From: Tubiluchus corallicola
Lineage: Eukaryota; Animalia; Priapulida
Assembly: GCA_030141605.1 (NCBI GenBank)
Contig: JAQGDQ010000014.1
Span: 744,001 to 808,000 of the forward strand
Length of the DNA stretch: 64,000 bases
Reading direction: 5' to 3'
Position 1 is the stretch's first letter. Every line of letters starts with the position of its first letter. Below are positions 36,001-50,340 of the stretch, piece by piece. Below the pieces are notes generated by a model. The model saw nothing but the letters and a program-made list of their open reading frames with translations. It was not told the origin of the DNA and made no database searches. Position numbers and translations under genes: made by a program.

Positions 36001-38649
36001 TATTAATTCAGGCGCAGCGGATTCTAAAAGAACCCGTATACTGATTTCCTCATTTTTGTTAAGCATTGAGAGGGGAACTGAGAATTACTCTAAAACTACA
36101 GTTCCAGAATTGTTAGCAATCGTGTGCCATGTATAACCATATGATCCGTATTAATGTTGCAACATTTACAAACTTTGGGTTTATGTCTAAATTTTTGTCG
36201 TACATAGGACGGTGAATGTGATTGTAGGTGTAATCTATGATAAATGTAAACATGTCACTTTAATAAATATTTTCTCATTCTCACTCACAACAGCACTTCA
36301 GGATAAGGTAAGGCAATGGTGCCGTTAAGAAGCTGTGATTGTTTTAGGGCCCTAGATAGGAGCCAAAACGCGAAAATTAGGGCAAAAACTGCGAAGTTAC
36401 ACATGAATAAAAAGCACTGGTCCAGGCATAATCAAGGTCATGGTCATAGGCAAGTGTAATAAGTCACGAGCACCTTGATCCTTGGGGTAAATCGCACATG
36501 AGCGTAAAAGTTTTATAAACATTGTTATTAATTTTTAAATTTCGATTTTTACAATGTGTTATGAATTGCACAAATTTCGCATACATAAGTGCAAGGCAAA
36601 GAAATTTCTGTACAAACATGACATGGCAAAATTCACATACACATGATATCGGTGGTCGGAAGGAACGTAGAATAATGCACAGCGACCGTAGTTAAGCAAT
36701 ACTAGGGCTGATTAGTACAGATTGGTGACTGACAAGGTATAGATAGTTCGTGTGCCATACTGTCTGAGAATACTTACTTCGTTAAGGGTGATGCATACAC
36801 ATCAGATACCTGGTCCAGTGCCTCATCTTGAAGGATGGCCTAAGAGTGCCATAGGTTTTTATCCTGCCGCAAGCATTTACTGAACAAGCCTTTTACTTGT
36901 GCAGGATAGTCAGTGCTTAGTAGAACGTTGGAATTTTCGTTTTCCAAAAAGTGGTGACTTCGTAACAGCAGCGGAAATTATCTCATTTTCATGTATTTTT
37001 AATATTTCGTTTCATTCGTTATGAAAACATTCAAATCAAACAAAGCGAATATATCATCAGGGTATTAGACAGTATGAGCTGCGAGGGATAATAGTGGAAA
37101 TTTCTGCAAATATGCACCGTTATCTAATTAATCGATCGGAGCATAACTGTATTCTTTGATCGCATTTGTTTGTCCAAATTGGTCACGATTCAACTATATA
37201 TGATTTAGTAGACTAAATGTAAACTAATAAAAACGTGGTGATGGCGGTGGTTACGATACGAGAACTTGTAAGTAACTTCTTGTGCACTTCATTCAATACA
37301 CCTGATACAAAAATAAAGGGTGCCCAAAACAGTATTGGATATCTAAAGCTGAAGAAAACAGAATTTTTGCATAAAACTAAAAAATTCGTCTGTAGCTTTA
37401 TATCAACTATATGCTGCCTTACTGCGACCAGAACTTGTATTAGCACAGTATTAGCAGGGTAAAACTTAAAAACTAAAACTCCAGTGGCACAACCACGGCC
37501 AATTTAGCGACAAGTTGTTGAAAAAAAGTTTAAATAACATCGCATAAAGTTTGAAAAAAAATCAGAGCATTAATAGTACATACTTCACTAACTAAGCAAA
37601 GCTTAAATTACTTTAACTCGTCTATAAGATTAAACACGAATTTTGGTGATTGTCGATCAATAAGTTTGAATTACTAAGAATTGTTTTCAGGTGTCTTTTG
37701 TACAGTTAAACATAATGCAGGTAACATAATTTTGACGAGTATTTTTTTGGAAAATACTTTCAGATTCCCCTTTCTTCCCCTTTATAAACTGGTAATCTTC
37801 TGCATTTAAAAAGCCATTGGAAAAATATAGAAACCTGGGTAATTTCCACAATTTTCCCACAAAAGAAAGATGTCAAAGTGGTTGCAACAACAGACTCTGC
37901 AATCATCATACGACGGCCATACGTACGACCCGCTATGTACCATTATCAAACCATGAAACATCGTGTAAATACGGGCAGCTCAAAAAGAATCTCTCATATC
38001 TGGACTAATATTGACACATCGTTATAATAACCGTTGCTTCTCATTACTTATTCATGTCGGTCTCTGAATTGCAACTTGTAGTCCTGTGAATTCGCTTATG
38101 TACTCTTCTTTAGCTTGTTAGTAATTGTTGGTAGCAATAGTGATACTCAATTTTCAGTATTTTCACAATTTTCTTTTTCAGTTATACGTCTTTCAGACAG
38201 GTAATACAAAGTGACATAACTTCGTATGAAATATTTTTGAGACATACTGTAAAGTTCCTTTTTCTTCCCCGTTTCAGTAATTGATTTAAAAAAGTAATGC
38301 CCACAATATGGCGCACTCATAAATATTTACAAATATTCCCTTCAGACTTCAAATGTAAGAATATTTCCAAATAAAACATGCGGCTTATTCTTTTGCTCTA
38401 CGTGCGATCTGTATTATAATCCTGCTCAAGATTTCTCCATGGAGCAGTTATAAAGTGAAAAGATATTTACAACCAGAAGTTTTCTGATTTTTATGTGAGA
38501 ATAAAAATATTTTGCTTTTTAACTCCTCTCGGGAGAAATCTAGCTGAATATGAACGGTTTCTGTAATAACTAAAGTGGTTAACACGAGTTTGCTATTTTC
38601 ATTCAATAATTAAGATTTTGCTATAAAAAATAATGCTGTTTTTAACCGG

Positions 38650-39622
38650 TTATTATTATTATTTCTTCCCGGCGACTTTAACGCTTAATAACTAGTAAAC
38701 CTTGCAAGCCAGGGTCACCAATCTCACAGGGTTGGTAGCCTTGGACGGGGGGCGAACAACAGTTTGGTTACCACTGACCAGTGGTCAAGGGCACATCTCC
38801 TCCTAAGGTTTTCGGTTTTTTCCATTTTTTTCACAAGTATTTCGGCACCGTGGGGTAGATGTGCGCTGGGGCTTTTACTGGCAAGTTTTAAACGCCCGAG
38901 GGAGTGACCAAAATGCGAAATCTGGGTCCCCCAATTAGTGACCTTTTACAAGCTGAGATCTAGGGACACAAAACTCACAGAGTGCACTCTCTGGGCAAAG
39001 TTATCTAAGTATACATGTGATCGGGGTTGCTAGGTCAAAGGTCACGGAGCGGTCAAGGTCTTCATTTATTTTCCTTTTAGGATTCATCTGCTCCTACAGT
39101 TTTTAAGCTAGGGCCGTAATATTTCATATGTTGGTAGCGGGAGGGGGGCGCCCTTGTATATCACGAAACATGGAACATGCGCGTATAGTAAAATTTGCTG
39201 CTAAGAGGGCAAAAACCGAAAAATGGGGGTCGGGAACAGAAGTGCACCGAATGTTGAGCAATGGTGCCAAATGAAAGGTCTCAATGAGGCGGATCGAGTG
39301 TTACAGGTTACAACGAGAATGGTTAACCTGCAAACCCTCTAGCGGACAAAATAGGGGTTGCGGAGACAACCGCTTTCCAATGTCAACCGTAACTAGCTTG
39401 TAGAATATCAAATGAAAGGTCTCTATGAAACAAACTAAATCATATAAGTTATGCCAAGATTGGTTAACCTTTGATCCGTGGATGACGGACTGAACAGTTA
39501 AATGCTGAAGTTTTGTTGTGAAACGCACTTTCTATATATTCAAGCAAGGTGAAGTCAATAAAAGAAAATAAGCACTTTCAAAAAAGGCTGTCGTCTCTTC
39601 ATTTTAAGCTCAATTTTATAAC
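38650..39622. mobile_element. Non-autonomous Helentron/DINE-like element
   Basis: GC-richer island starting after (tat)n, with repeated ggtcaa(a)ggtca and caaatgaaaggtctc motifs and no coding capacity. Class assignment is tentative. Confidence 0.45.
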
Positions 39623-40189
39623 TACTGTTTGCAAAATCTGCAGTTTCTGACCACGTCAGAAACATTGTCAACTAGTTTTATCTGTCTTCCTTTCATTAAA
39701 GCTGCTCCAATGATCCAAATTTATGATAGCTAGCTGTCCATTTGTCAGAGTTCTTATCAACGGTGACGGCAGTGTTGTGTGAATTTACTTTGACTATCAT
39801 TAACGGCAAGTACTACAAACAAGAGACATTTTATCGCCTTTCTCTTCTGATTCCGTTATATCCACACTAAAAAGGAAAAGGAAAGATAAAACCCTAAAGA
39901 GAGGTGGTGGTGAAAGGGGGCTTTTTGGGATTCAATTCGTTAGATGTTAAATACTCAACTGTAATCAAAAGGTGGTGAATGCGCAGTTTTAGTTTTGAGC
40001 GACATGCAATCTTAAAGTTTCAAAGTTTCCAAAGCAGTATGCACCGATCTGTCAGAGTTTGGAAAAGGTGCTGTCCCTAAATTCTTTACAATTCCGGAGA
40101 TCAGCATTTGCCATGCATGTGAGTATAATGTGCTGATAACGAAATTTACAGCAAGCTTAAGAGCTAGCGGCGCCGGTCATTATAATATT

Positions 40190-40264
40190 CATCAACGTCA
40201 TCATCATCACTATCACCATCATCATCATCAGCAGCAGCAGCAGCATCGTCGTCGTCGTCTTCAT

Positions 40265-40311
<47 letters not shown>

Positions 40312-40320
40312 GTTTCATCG
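40190..40320. repeat. Compound (CAT/CAG/CGT)n microsatellite
   Basis: Direct reading. Confidence 0.9.
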
Positions 40321-40619
40321 TTGCTTTTATCTTGTTCGCATTTGTCTTTGTACTTTAATTTCCTAGTTTTCCATGTCCCTTTTCTAATTCCTTGCTCATA
40401 AACAATATGTACATAAATTCTAAGCGCCGTGTAGAACCGATCTGTTGTTTTTCTCGTGTTACAAAACAAAGGATTAAACTATATTTATTTTATTTCAGAC
40501 AACTGAAAGAGCTTACGCGTGTGGATAAAGCCACTATCGGAGAAGGTTTAACATTTAGACTACGTCTGCAGAAGGCATTTAGCTAGAAGGAGAATTACAA
40601 ATTGTGCCCGTCATTTGTT

Positions 40620-41890
40620 TATCCATTTATTAGACAAAAATACCATTACAATTACATACACAGATATATTACATACAAATGCACAAACTGAAAACAAAAT
40701 TACTACAATTACTTATCAAGTGAGCAATCAATTTGTGAAAAGAATTAATGATATGTAATTGCTTGCAGCTGAGCTAAGAGCTAGGACTTGGAAAGCCCAA
40801 CTCTAATGCATGGTGTGTTGTTAGGTGTTAGGGGCAGAAGAAAAGAGATGCGCAATGAAAAGAGATGACATGACGGTAAAATTAGGGTCTGAGTAAGCAA
40901 TATAATTAGAAGAGAAGAAAAAAGCTAAAAATTATAAAAAATGAAAAAATGATGAAGTGACAATGATGAAAATGCAATGAAATGGCTAGGTCATGAAATG
41001 TCATTAATATACACAGGGACGGACTGTGAGTGGCACCCAACGTGGTGAACACAATATGGAAAGAAAAGTTGAAGACCAAATCCACCTAATGTATTTAAGA
41101 GACGTCTTCTCATCTCCTTCTTAAATCTAGGTTGGGGAGATACTGCTATGATATTACAAGAAACAGAATTACAAACATTGGGAACTACATAAGAAATAAA
41201 ATGTTTAGCAGCGATGGTTCCGCAATATCTCACATAATATTCATCATACTTAGTATTATAGTGTTTGATATTTTTGTTTACAGGATTTGTGAGTGGGTTT
41301 TGTGTGTAAAAACCGCAATATCGTTTTTAACAAGACTATCAATTGTCATATGTTTACTATCGTTAAAGTGTTGTTTAGAAATTGTAGAACATTCAGAAAG
41401 GCCATAGAAATTACGCAAGAATTTTCATTGCAGCGTACGACTTAAATTTAAGAGGCAAGTGGAGCCCCAAAAAATACAACCAAAATTTAAATAGGGTAGA
41501 ACTAAAGAATTATATAACATTATGAGATGAACCTTTGAAAGACTGTGCTTGATGTGGGAAATAACACCAACCTTTTTTGATATTTTAAGACTAATCATGT
41601 TAATGTGCGGAGTCCAGTCCAAATTTTCATGGAGGATTATACCAAGAAATTTGATCTCTTTAATTAATTCAGTTGGTTCACCATCAATGAAGGTATACAT
41701 TTGGAGGAATGGCTTTTATTTTTAGATCATAACATGATATATTTTGTTTTGCTAGAATTAAGTGCCAATTTTTTAGTCTTAAACTACATCGAATAATTAT
41801 ATAGCATATCATTCATATTGGTAACCGAAAGTTTGCAAAAATCTATAAAATTTAATATTATTGTATCGTCAGCATATTGTGTTATTTTCA
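40620..41890 (-). mobile_element. 5'-truncated, decayed L2/CR1-group LINE (RT C-terminal half plus 3' UTR)
   Basis: QYADDT at about 41865-41880; IKFLGIILHENLDWTPHI...LYNSLVLPYLNFGCIFWG; aataaa near 40630 on the minus strand. Confidence 0.85.
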
Positions 41891-42134
41891 TATTGTTCTG
41901 AAGGTTTTTCATAAACAAAACGTCACACTGTATACGCACAACTAAATCTATTCAAAATTATGAAATGACAAATAATTACATTTATAAATATGGACATTTT
42001 CGATTAGTTGCAGAAGTATTGGCATCCTAGATTCGATAAAGTCTCCAAATTGCTACTGGAGGCCTACTGAGTGCCATAATAGTCCAAGTACATACTCAAA
42101 GTAGCGCTAAAAATCAACCGTTACAACAAATTAA

Positions 42135-42204
<70 letters not shown>

Positions 42205-42235
42205 ACTACTGCTGCTGCTGCTGCTGCTGCTACTG

Positions 42236-42327
<92 letters not shown>

Positions 42328-42536
42328 GCCACTTATACAGCTAGGTACTGCCAACAAAATCCGAAGCGTTTTAGCATAAGAAGATGCACCAAAAACCTAA
42401 GAGCTTATTTTTAATGATTAAAGTCATAAAAACAAGCGCGCAATATCATCCGAAGGGCACATCACAGCTCACGTAGTAACTGTGTTCCCTTCCAATTATA
42501 CAACTTCGATCCCAGATTTAATTTCATACAATTTAC
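42135..42536 (-). mobile_element. SINE-like dispersed repeat with a long (CTG)n(CTA)n tail (copy 2)
   Basis: Body homologous to about 6047-6231. Confidence 0.65.
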
Positions 42537-44155
42537 GTAACGAGGAATTCGAATCATTATATCAAGAAAATGAAATTCGATGCAGACGATTTAATTTGGA
42601 TGTACACGTTCAAACATTTCACAGATGAATTAATTTAATGCGACATCCAAGTCACATGGTATTGATGTGTTTCAGCTAAGTTTGGGAGATAAAAACAACT
42701 TGATTTTTTAAATTCTTGATTAAAATCGCGATGCTTGATCAGCAATTTAAAAAAAATCCGATTTTTATATCTTTCGAATTGATTCCAGTTTTCATTTGGG
42801 TGATGCGATTTACCATAAAAAAATTATCATTTGGCTGCAATTCGTGATTTCAAAACACTACTTTGCTAGTCCACCTCAAAGATGCCGCATATTTAAAGAA
42901 ACATACACTTAAATTTCTGCTATGGAAAGTAATAAAAGACCTATCTAAATTCGACATTGCCTCACACAACATTAGTTGGTTTTGAGTGAAGTCACTGTAA
43001 TGCAACTTACTGTCATTCACAATTCGAGAAAACTTTTATTAGAACTCCTACTCCTAGGATTCATTTCAATTTCAGCAAGGGGCAGTCTATTGCCAACTTT
43101 TATCAAAATGGCTCATTTAATCTTTAGTCTATGAAAGTATCCAGTTTAGAGTATTATAATTTTGTTTCTTTTGTTCATCGGTCCATCAATCATGATTATC
43201 TTCAACGCTTTTTATGAAACTCGTCTATCGCAATCGACGCGGATGTCTATAACATAATTTAAGCTGTAAGTTTATTACGTAGCTGTAAGCTACTTGAAAA
43301 TAATATTCTAGTGGAGAGATTTCCTCACAGGTCGGGCAGCTGCTGCTTTAGTTTCTCTTGGAGTGACATTCTGAAATCTACATCAGCGTTTCTTCGAGTC
43401 AGTAATCTTTCAGCCTTCGTGTTAGCAACCTTAAGTAGTGGTAGACGCGATAAAAAGTCTGTATAATATAAATTTAATATGTAGGCCTATTGCAGGGGCC
43501 ATTACAAGAAAGGTAACAGGATCCTTTATATATGGGCTGGCAGAACTACCTAACGATAAACCGTGTGTTTTGTACTAGGCGATCCACATCTTTTACCTTT
43601 TTAAATATGTAACTCTTATTGGGTTTTATGCCTCTGTGTATTTCTTTAGTGATCTGTCTTGGGTGCGTATGTATGTAATTATGTAAATATTATATTTTTA
43701 CATATAATATTATAATAGTTACTAATAAGATAGTATAACTGAGTGTTTTAATTTTTTTGTATAATGCTATATACATTTAAATGTATGAAATAAATTTAAA
43801 ATGAAAAAATAAAATATTGCTTTCGTTTCTTAAGCAATGTTCATATCACTAAGCCTACTTTTGATGCACCATTAAGTACTGTAACTCGCAGCTCTTGATA
43901 CGAAATCTATTTGCCGGCCTAATTTAATATAATAATCCTGGACTATTCCAAAGGTGAAAATCGTGTGGTCTTATGATGTATTATAGAGCCTCGTGGTAAC
44001 ATATGAGGAAAAATGTTGTCGTTTCGTCGACAATTGACAGAACCTGGCAGAAGGGAGTTACTCCATTTCTGCCTATATTATCATACATTTACTCCATCTC
44101 CTTGTTTTGGAATGTCATTTCTGCAGCGCTAAAAGAGATATTATCTGCCCCAGCT

Positions 44156-44428
44156 CAGGGGCGCCGGCAGCAAATTACTGGGACGGGGCAGCATTTATGA
44201 AAAGGGCACATTTTGTTTACCCATATTTGTGTGGCCACGCTAACGACAATATAACTTATATATAAGGGTATATCTAAGGCACCCCTAATGCCTTCTGCGG
44301 GGTAATCATGAATAAGCACACATTTTTTTCATCAAGAAGGCAAAGTTCTACCCAGCACTGTCCATTTGGGAAAGGGCAAGGGTGCCGTTGCCCCTCTGCC
44401 CTCTGCCCCCGTGGCTCCGGCGCACCTG
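44156..44428. mobile_element. hAT-family MITE
   Basis: TIRs caggggcgccgg/ccggcgcacctg; 8-bp TSD ccccagct/cctcagct. Confidence 0.8.
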
Positions 44429-45009
44429 CCTCAGCTACATTTTAACGCTATACTCTTACTCCCTCGATGTCGTCATTACGATTTCTTTTCCTCTGTTATC
44501 ATTCTGTACTGAGCAACCTACATAACAGCAAAGCTTGCTACATAAATATTTTCGAACATTTTATTCCGGCGCTCCGTAGATATACATGTACAATAAACTT
44601 CTCACTAGGCTACATGTTTTTTCTGGACACTTCAAGCTCACCTTTGTACTGATTCATGTTACTAATTTATTTTCTTTTGAGTCGTAACACGAATCTGTGA
44701 GATTCTTTTACTTGTCAGCGATTTGTTGTAAATTGGATCTCCGGGAGATCACCCGTTCCTTTGTCATTATGTCACAAGTGAAAAGTTGTTGAGAATCCCT
44801 AAAAAATGTAACATTAATTACCCTGCACGCCAACTTGCTCCACATAGTAATTAAGTCTTGACGTCTACATAAAGAAATCTTTAGAAGACTGTGAGAACTT
44901 TAGCGTTCTCATTTTCTGCGGTACAAATGCTATGGATCAAAGCAAAATAATACTAACACAAATATGGCTTTATGAATAATGTTGTTTCTTAAAATAAATA
45001 TATCTTAGA

Positions 45010-45310
45010 ATCCATTATGGGCGCTCTCGTCAGTGTAACATAGGTAATAACTTTTAGAATCTTAGATTTTATAATTTGAATCGAGATACCTCCTGGGACA
45101 CCAAGGCCTATATCTTAATAGAGCCGCATGATCAAAAGCAACAAACTGTGATAACTAAAAATAACCCAAGCAATCTTTAGCCATCTATGGTTTGTTGCTT
45201 TTGCCAAGTTGCTCTATTGTCTTAGGTAATTGGAATTGTAAAGTGTAAACTCTAAAATTCTAAATATCTAAATTCTTGCATAGATTACACTGATGAAGGC
45301 ACCTGCAAAG
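45010..45310. mobile_element. Foldback/MITE-like long imperfect inverted repeat
   Basis: tcagtgtaa...ttttagaat...caaaagcaacaaac mirrored by gtttgttgcttttg...attctaaa...ttacactga. Confidence 0.6.
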
Positions 45311-46622
45311 AATGCCGAAATACTAGTAATTTCATCAACATCCATATTCGTGGTCATTCATATGAACAAATCATTCATATTCTTTATTATTTGACAGAAA
45401 ATGGGTGACACGTCATTTAAAAGTAAATCAAAATAATTTTAAATTCCAATTTAAATACTACCAGTTCAAGATACATGCACATGTGGCACTAGGACTTTAT
45501 GCAAGAAAAATTTAAATTTACGTCTAATCCTCAGCTATTGCAACACATTTCTGACTTATACACCCAAGACAGCTAACAATAATTCGTTCATATCTATAAA
45601 ATGCAATAATATGGTCTGTTGCGGACGAAAATTCCCTTCCCAATTTACGGCTGTACAAGAAATGTGAAATATTCTATCTGAAATAAGCAGTTTTGGTATT
45701 TGTGGAATCGCGAACTCACGGCATGAAAGGCTTAATACATCATCAAAACAGATTAGAATCAATCGAATTTCTTCTTCGCAATTATAATAAACATTCACAT
45801 GTGATTCGAAGTTTTTCTGGATTGAAAGAAAATGGGATAAAGAAAGAAGAGCAAAAGAAAGGAGAAAACGGAGTCAGTATGTGATGACCATGTGGATGAA
45901 AAGAAAATGAATAAAAAAGGACGAGCGTGAGAAGGTTGATGAGAAGACAAATGAATTGAGTAATAAGAAGAAAGTTTAAAGAGACTCTGTCTTTTAACTC
46001 CTTTTAAGAAAATAGTTTTAGAAAAGAATTTAATTCTCTTTAAGTGAATTAAATGCCATCTAATTGATTAATTAATTAACCGGAATTTCGACACTAATTT
46101 TATTCTCAGGCGAAATTGTATTAGAAATCTCTCGTATTGCTATCTAAGCCTTCAAGCCACTCCCAAATAACCTGTCCACTCCAGTGATAGTTAAATCAGT
46201 CATAATTTACGATTGACTTTTGAAAAAGCTGCTTAGTCAATTATTTTATAGTAAAAATACAGAAAATGCGTAATTAAAATGCAGGAACTAAACTCGTAAT
46301 TTTGATGTCAAGCATAATTCATTGATTTAGTACCATAGCCGGGTTCGAGCAAAGACATTCTTTTCGGACATTCACCAAATTTTTCGGGCACCCGCTAAAT
46401 GATCTCTAAATTTCTCCATGCCGCCAAATGAAGTGCCCGAAATCCGGGCATCTTTTATCACTGGGTTAGGTGAGGCAAATCCCGACTACGGTCTTTTTTC
46501 AGTTGACACAGCATTTTTCGGGCAAAACTGATTCAGTCCCCCCCCCCCCGGGAAAATCGGCCGTAGGCATATGGCCTACATTACGATATTAATTACAATT
46601 TTGTAGTTCTTATTTCGGCTAA

Positions 46623-46802
46623 AGTTTACGATTCCCCACACGAAATCGAACAAGAAATTAGTTCGATTAGGATTAGGTTTAGGATTAGGGTTAGGGTTGG
46701 GGTTAGGGTTAGGGGTATGGGCAGGAATAGGGTTACAGTTGGGTTAGGATTAGCACTAGGGTTAAGGTTACGGTATTTAAATTGTGTGGGGAATTGTAAA
46801 CT
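46623..46802. mobile_element. MITE-like element with ~19-bp TIRs enclosing degenerate TTAGGG-like repeats
   Basis: agtttacgattccccacac ... gtgtggggaattgtaaact around ttagggttaggg variants. Confidence 0.7.
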
Positions 46803-48176
46803 CCTTCCATTATGTAACATTATGACGCTACTGAAATTAGGAACTACATACATAACAAAACATATTATTATTCTACGAGGCATTAACTTAAATACAAGCA
46901 CACGTTACAGTTTTCCATGAAGAAATATAAATTAGAATCAAATGGGTTTTTATGGGATTTGTTGACTGATATTGCTCTGTACAGGTTTCACAGTCATTTA
47001 ATGCACATACAAAAACAGCAAGAAATGGTGTTGTCACAATAAAGTGTCCAAGCAGAATATTAAATAACTGAAATGCCCAAGCATGAAGTGCATAATCAAG
47101 CATTCAAAGTACACTCGCTGATGTAGGCTATTGTTAAACATAAAAACATAATAATAATAATAGGTAGTTTCATGTAGATGTTTCTACGTATGTTTGGGTA
47201 AGTATAAGATGATACGTTGGAATTCAAAATGTTGTTTGTTTATTTGATGGAAGCCACACACTACAAAGTTACATAAGATTACGTAAATTACATGAGATGC
47301 ATAATCGCTGAACCAATGTTACAGGCAAGGTTGCATTTCCCTATAGCCTGCAGCCTAGGCCACTCAAGCTTGGCGGGGCCATACTTTGCATTGCTGAATA
47401 GTTCATATATCACAAGTAAAAAATATTCCAGAAGAGTGCGAGCAAATTAGATGGTGGCTCCCTCTACGGGAGGGCCGATGATTTCATTAGCCTAGGGTTT
47501 CAGTGACATAATCACGCAATCACGCCCTGATTGCGGTCTATAACGCTGATACCTGTGTTATGCAGCAAGATACCGCTGTGAATTTGAATACGTTAGCTGC
47601 ATACATGACTACTGTTCAATTTAAAAGGGAAAAAATTATAGAAAATATCTGCGGAAAAAAATAACGCATAACGCAGGTCAGATAAGCAGGTTCATCGAAA
47701 ACAATATAAAGTTATTATATGTTATAATTATAAGTAATTTTTACGCAATAACGCATTCCGGATGACTAGTGAACACCGCTTTAAGCGGGTTCAACATTCG
47801 ATTAAGGAAGAAACATTGAGGGCGAATTTGAAAAAGCAACCAAATTTAATTTAGATTAGCTTATTTAAACCTCCAGCACAATGTGCACTTTTTTTAGTAG
47901 CAAGAAGTAATGCAAATATGAAATAAGAGATAAAGCTAAACTAAAATAATGAGGCCAACATAAAATCATTTTAAAACTACATATGTATTGCAGATTAAGA
48001 CTGTTTGACTAGAGTCTGTTAGAATGGAAACCGTTATCACTAATCGATTACTTGTAAATGACAATAAGTTAACATCAAACATCGTGTACAATTACAACTG
48101 TGAAATAAGATCTGTAAAGCGTAAAAATGTCCAAACTGTGAAATTATCTTTTACTGTGCTCACCAAGTGGCTGCTA

Positions 48177-49781
48177 TTGCCATTGTGCTGTTAGCAGAGT
48201 CAGAAAGCGGCTTGCATGAGTGCCTAAAAAACTAGGAGAATATTGTAACGAGTAGTCATTGACTGTTAATATAAATAAAACTCTTGCCGTTGTGCTGTTG
48301 TCAGAGTCAGAAAGCGGCTTGCATGAGTGCCTAAAAAACTAGGAGAATATTGTAACGAGTAGTCATTGACTGTTAATATAAATAAAACTCTTGCCGTTGT
48401 GCTGTTGTCAGAGTCAGAAAGCGGCTTGCATAAGTGCCTAAAAAACTAGGAGAATATTGTAACAAGTAGTCATTGACTGTTAATATAAATAAAACTCTTG
48501 CCGTTGTGCTGTTGTCACAGTCAGAAAGCGGCTTGCATGAGTGCCTAAAAAACTAGGAGAATATTGTAACGAGTAGTCATTGACTGTTAATATAAATAAA
48601 ACTCTTGCCGTTCTGCTGTTGTCAGAGTCAGAAAGCGGCTTGCATGAGTGCCTAAAAAACTAGGAGAATATTGTAACGAGTAGTCATTGACTGTTAATAT
48701 AAATAAAACTCTTGCCGTTGTGCTGTTGTCAGAGTCAGAAAGCGGCTTGCATGAGTGCCTAAAAAACTAGGAGAATATTGTAACGAGTAGTCATTGACTG
48801 TTAATATAAATAAAACTCTTGCCGTTGTGCTGTTGTCACAGTCAGAAAGCGGCTTGCATGAGTGCCTAAAAAACTAGGAGAATATTGTAACGAGTAGTCA
48901 TTGACTGTTAATATAAATAAAACTCTTGCCGTTCTGCTGTTGTCAGAGTCAGAAAGCGGCTTGCATGAGTGCCTAAAAAACTAGGAGAATATTGTAACGA
49001 GTAGTCATTGACTGTTAATATAAATAAAACTCTTGCCGTTGTGCTGTTGTCAGAGTCAGAAAGCGGCTTGCATGAGTGCCTAAAAAACTAGGAGAATATT
49101 GTAACGAGTAGTCATTGACTGTTAATATAAATAAAACTCTTGCCGTTGTGCTGTTGTCAGAGTCAGAAAGCGGCTTGCATAAGTGCCTAAAAAACTAGGA
49201 GAATATTGTAACAAGTAGTCATTGACTGTTAATATAAATAAAACTCTTGCCGTTGTGCTGTTGTCACAGTCAGAAAGCGGCTTGCATGAGTGCCTAAAAA
49301 ACTAGGAGAATATTGTAACGAGTAGTCATTGACTGTTAATATAAATAAAACTCTTGCCGTTCTGCTGTTGTCAGAGTCAGAAAGCGGCTTGCATGAGTGC
49401 CTAAAAAACTAGGAGAATATTGTAACGAGTAGTCATTGACTGTTAATATAAATAAAACTCTTGCCGTTGTGCTGTTGTCACAGTCAGAAAGCGGCTTGCA
49501 TGAGTGCCTAAAAAACTAGGAGAATATTGTAACGAGTAGTCATTGACTGTTAATATAAATAAAACTCTTGCCGTTGTGCTGTTGTCAGAGTCAGAAAGCG
49601 GCTTGCATGAGTGCCTAAAAAACTAGGAGAATATTGTAACGAGTAGTCATTGACTGTTAATATAAATAAAACTCTTGCCGTTGTGCTGTTGTCACAGTCA
49701 GAAAGCGGCTTGCATGAGTGCCTAAAAAACTAGGAGAATATTGTAACGAGTAGTCATTGACTGTTAATATAAATAAAACTC
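48177..49781 (+). repeat. Minisatellite, 15 x 107 bp, derived from LINE reverse-transcriptase coding sequence
   Basis: Unit starts at 48177, 48284, 48391 and so on; the unit reads VLLSESESGLHECLKKLGEYCNE*SLTVNINKT. Confidence 0.95.
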
Positions 49782-50340
49782 AAGCAGTTATTTTCAACAA
49801 AACAGGTAGAATTTTAAAAAATTATAACTTTTACTTTAATGGAGTGAAATTTATTAATGTAAAGAAATATAAATATTTAGGGTTCGATAATTCGGTTCTT
49901 TTAGGGATAGTATTAATACCTTAAAAGATAAAGGTATGTATGAATTTATTGCGCCAGACTTTATTTTCTTATGATATTAATCCACAGGTAGCAATTAGAA
50001 TTTTTGATGCTGTCATCAGACCTATATGTTTGTATGCTTCAGATACATGGTTACCATATTCTTGTAATTTTTGAAGACTAATGAACCGATCTAATTTAGA
50101 ATCAGGTTATGACGTGTTGAAATCTGAAAGTGTTAATCTAAAGGCGTGTCGCTTGCTGCTGAATATTGGTTCTAAAACAGTTAGAAAAGCTGTGAGAGGG
50201 GAACTAGGTCAATTTGCGTTCTTTATTAATGCAATCAAAAATTACGTGAAATTGTGGCTGCATCTCTTGGAGGCACCAGACAATAGCCTCGCATAAGAAG
50301 TTTTAGCAATAAACTTAGAACGTATAAACTTTTTCAAAAA
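49782..50340 (+). mobile_element. Decayed LINE RT C-terminal region continuing from the minisatellite
   Basis: QAVIFNKTGR...FNGVKFINVKKYKYLG, IFDAVIRPICLYASDTW, AVRGELG. Confidence 0.85.

Noticed and set aside
40130-40469. His-rich and Asp-rich ORFs
   Set aside because: Opposite-strand readings of one (CAT)n microsatellite.
42121-42379. Poly-Ser, poly-Leu and poly-Val/Ala ORFs
   Set aside because: Trinucleotide repeat translations.
46665-46770. True telomere or chromosome-fusion scar
   Set aside because: Short, degenerate, single orientation, and enclosed by TIRs.
48177-49781. CRISPR array or repeat-protein gene
   Set aside because: No spacers; the 107-bp period is not a multiple of 3, and each unit carries a stop in the RT frame.
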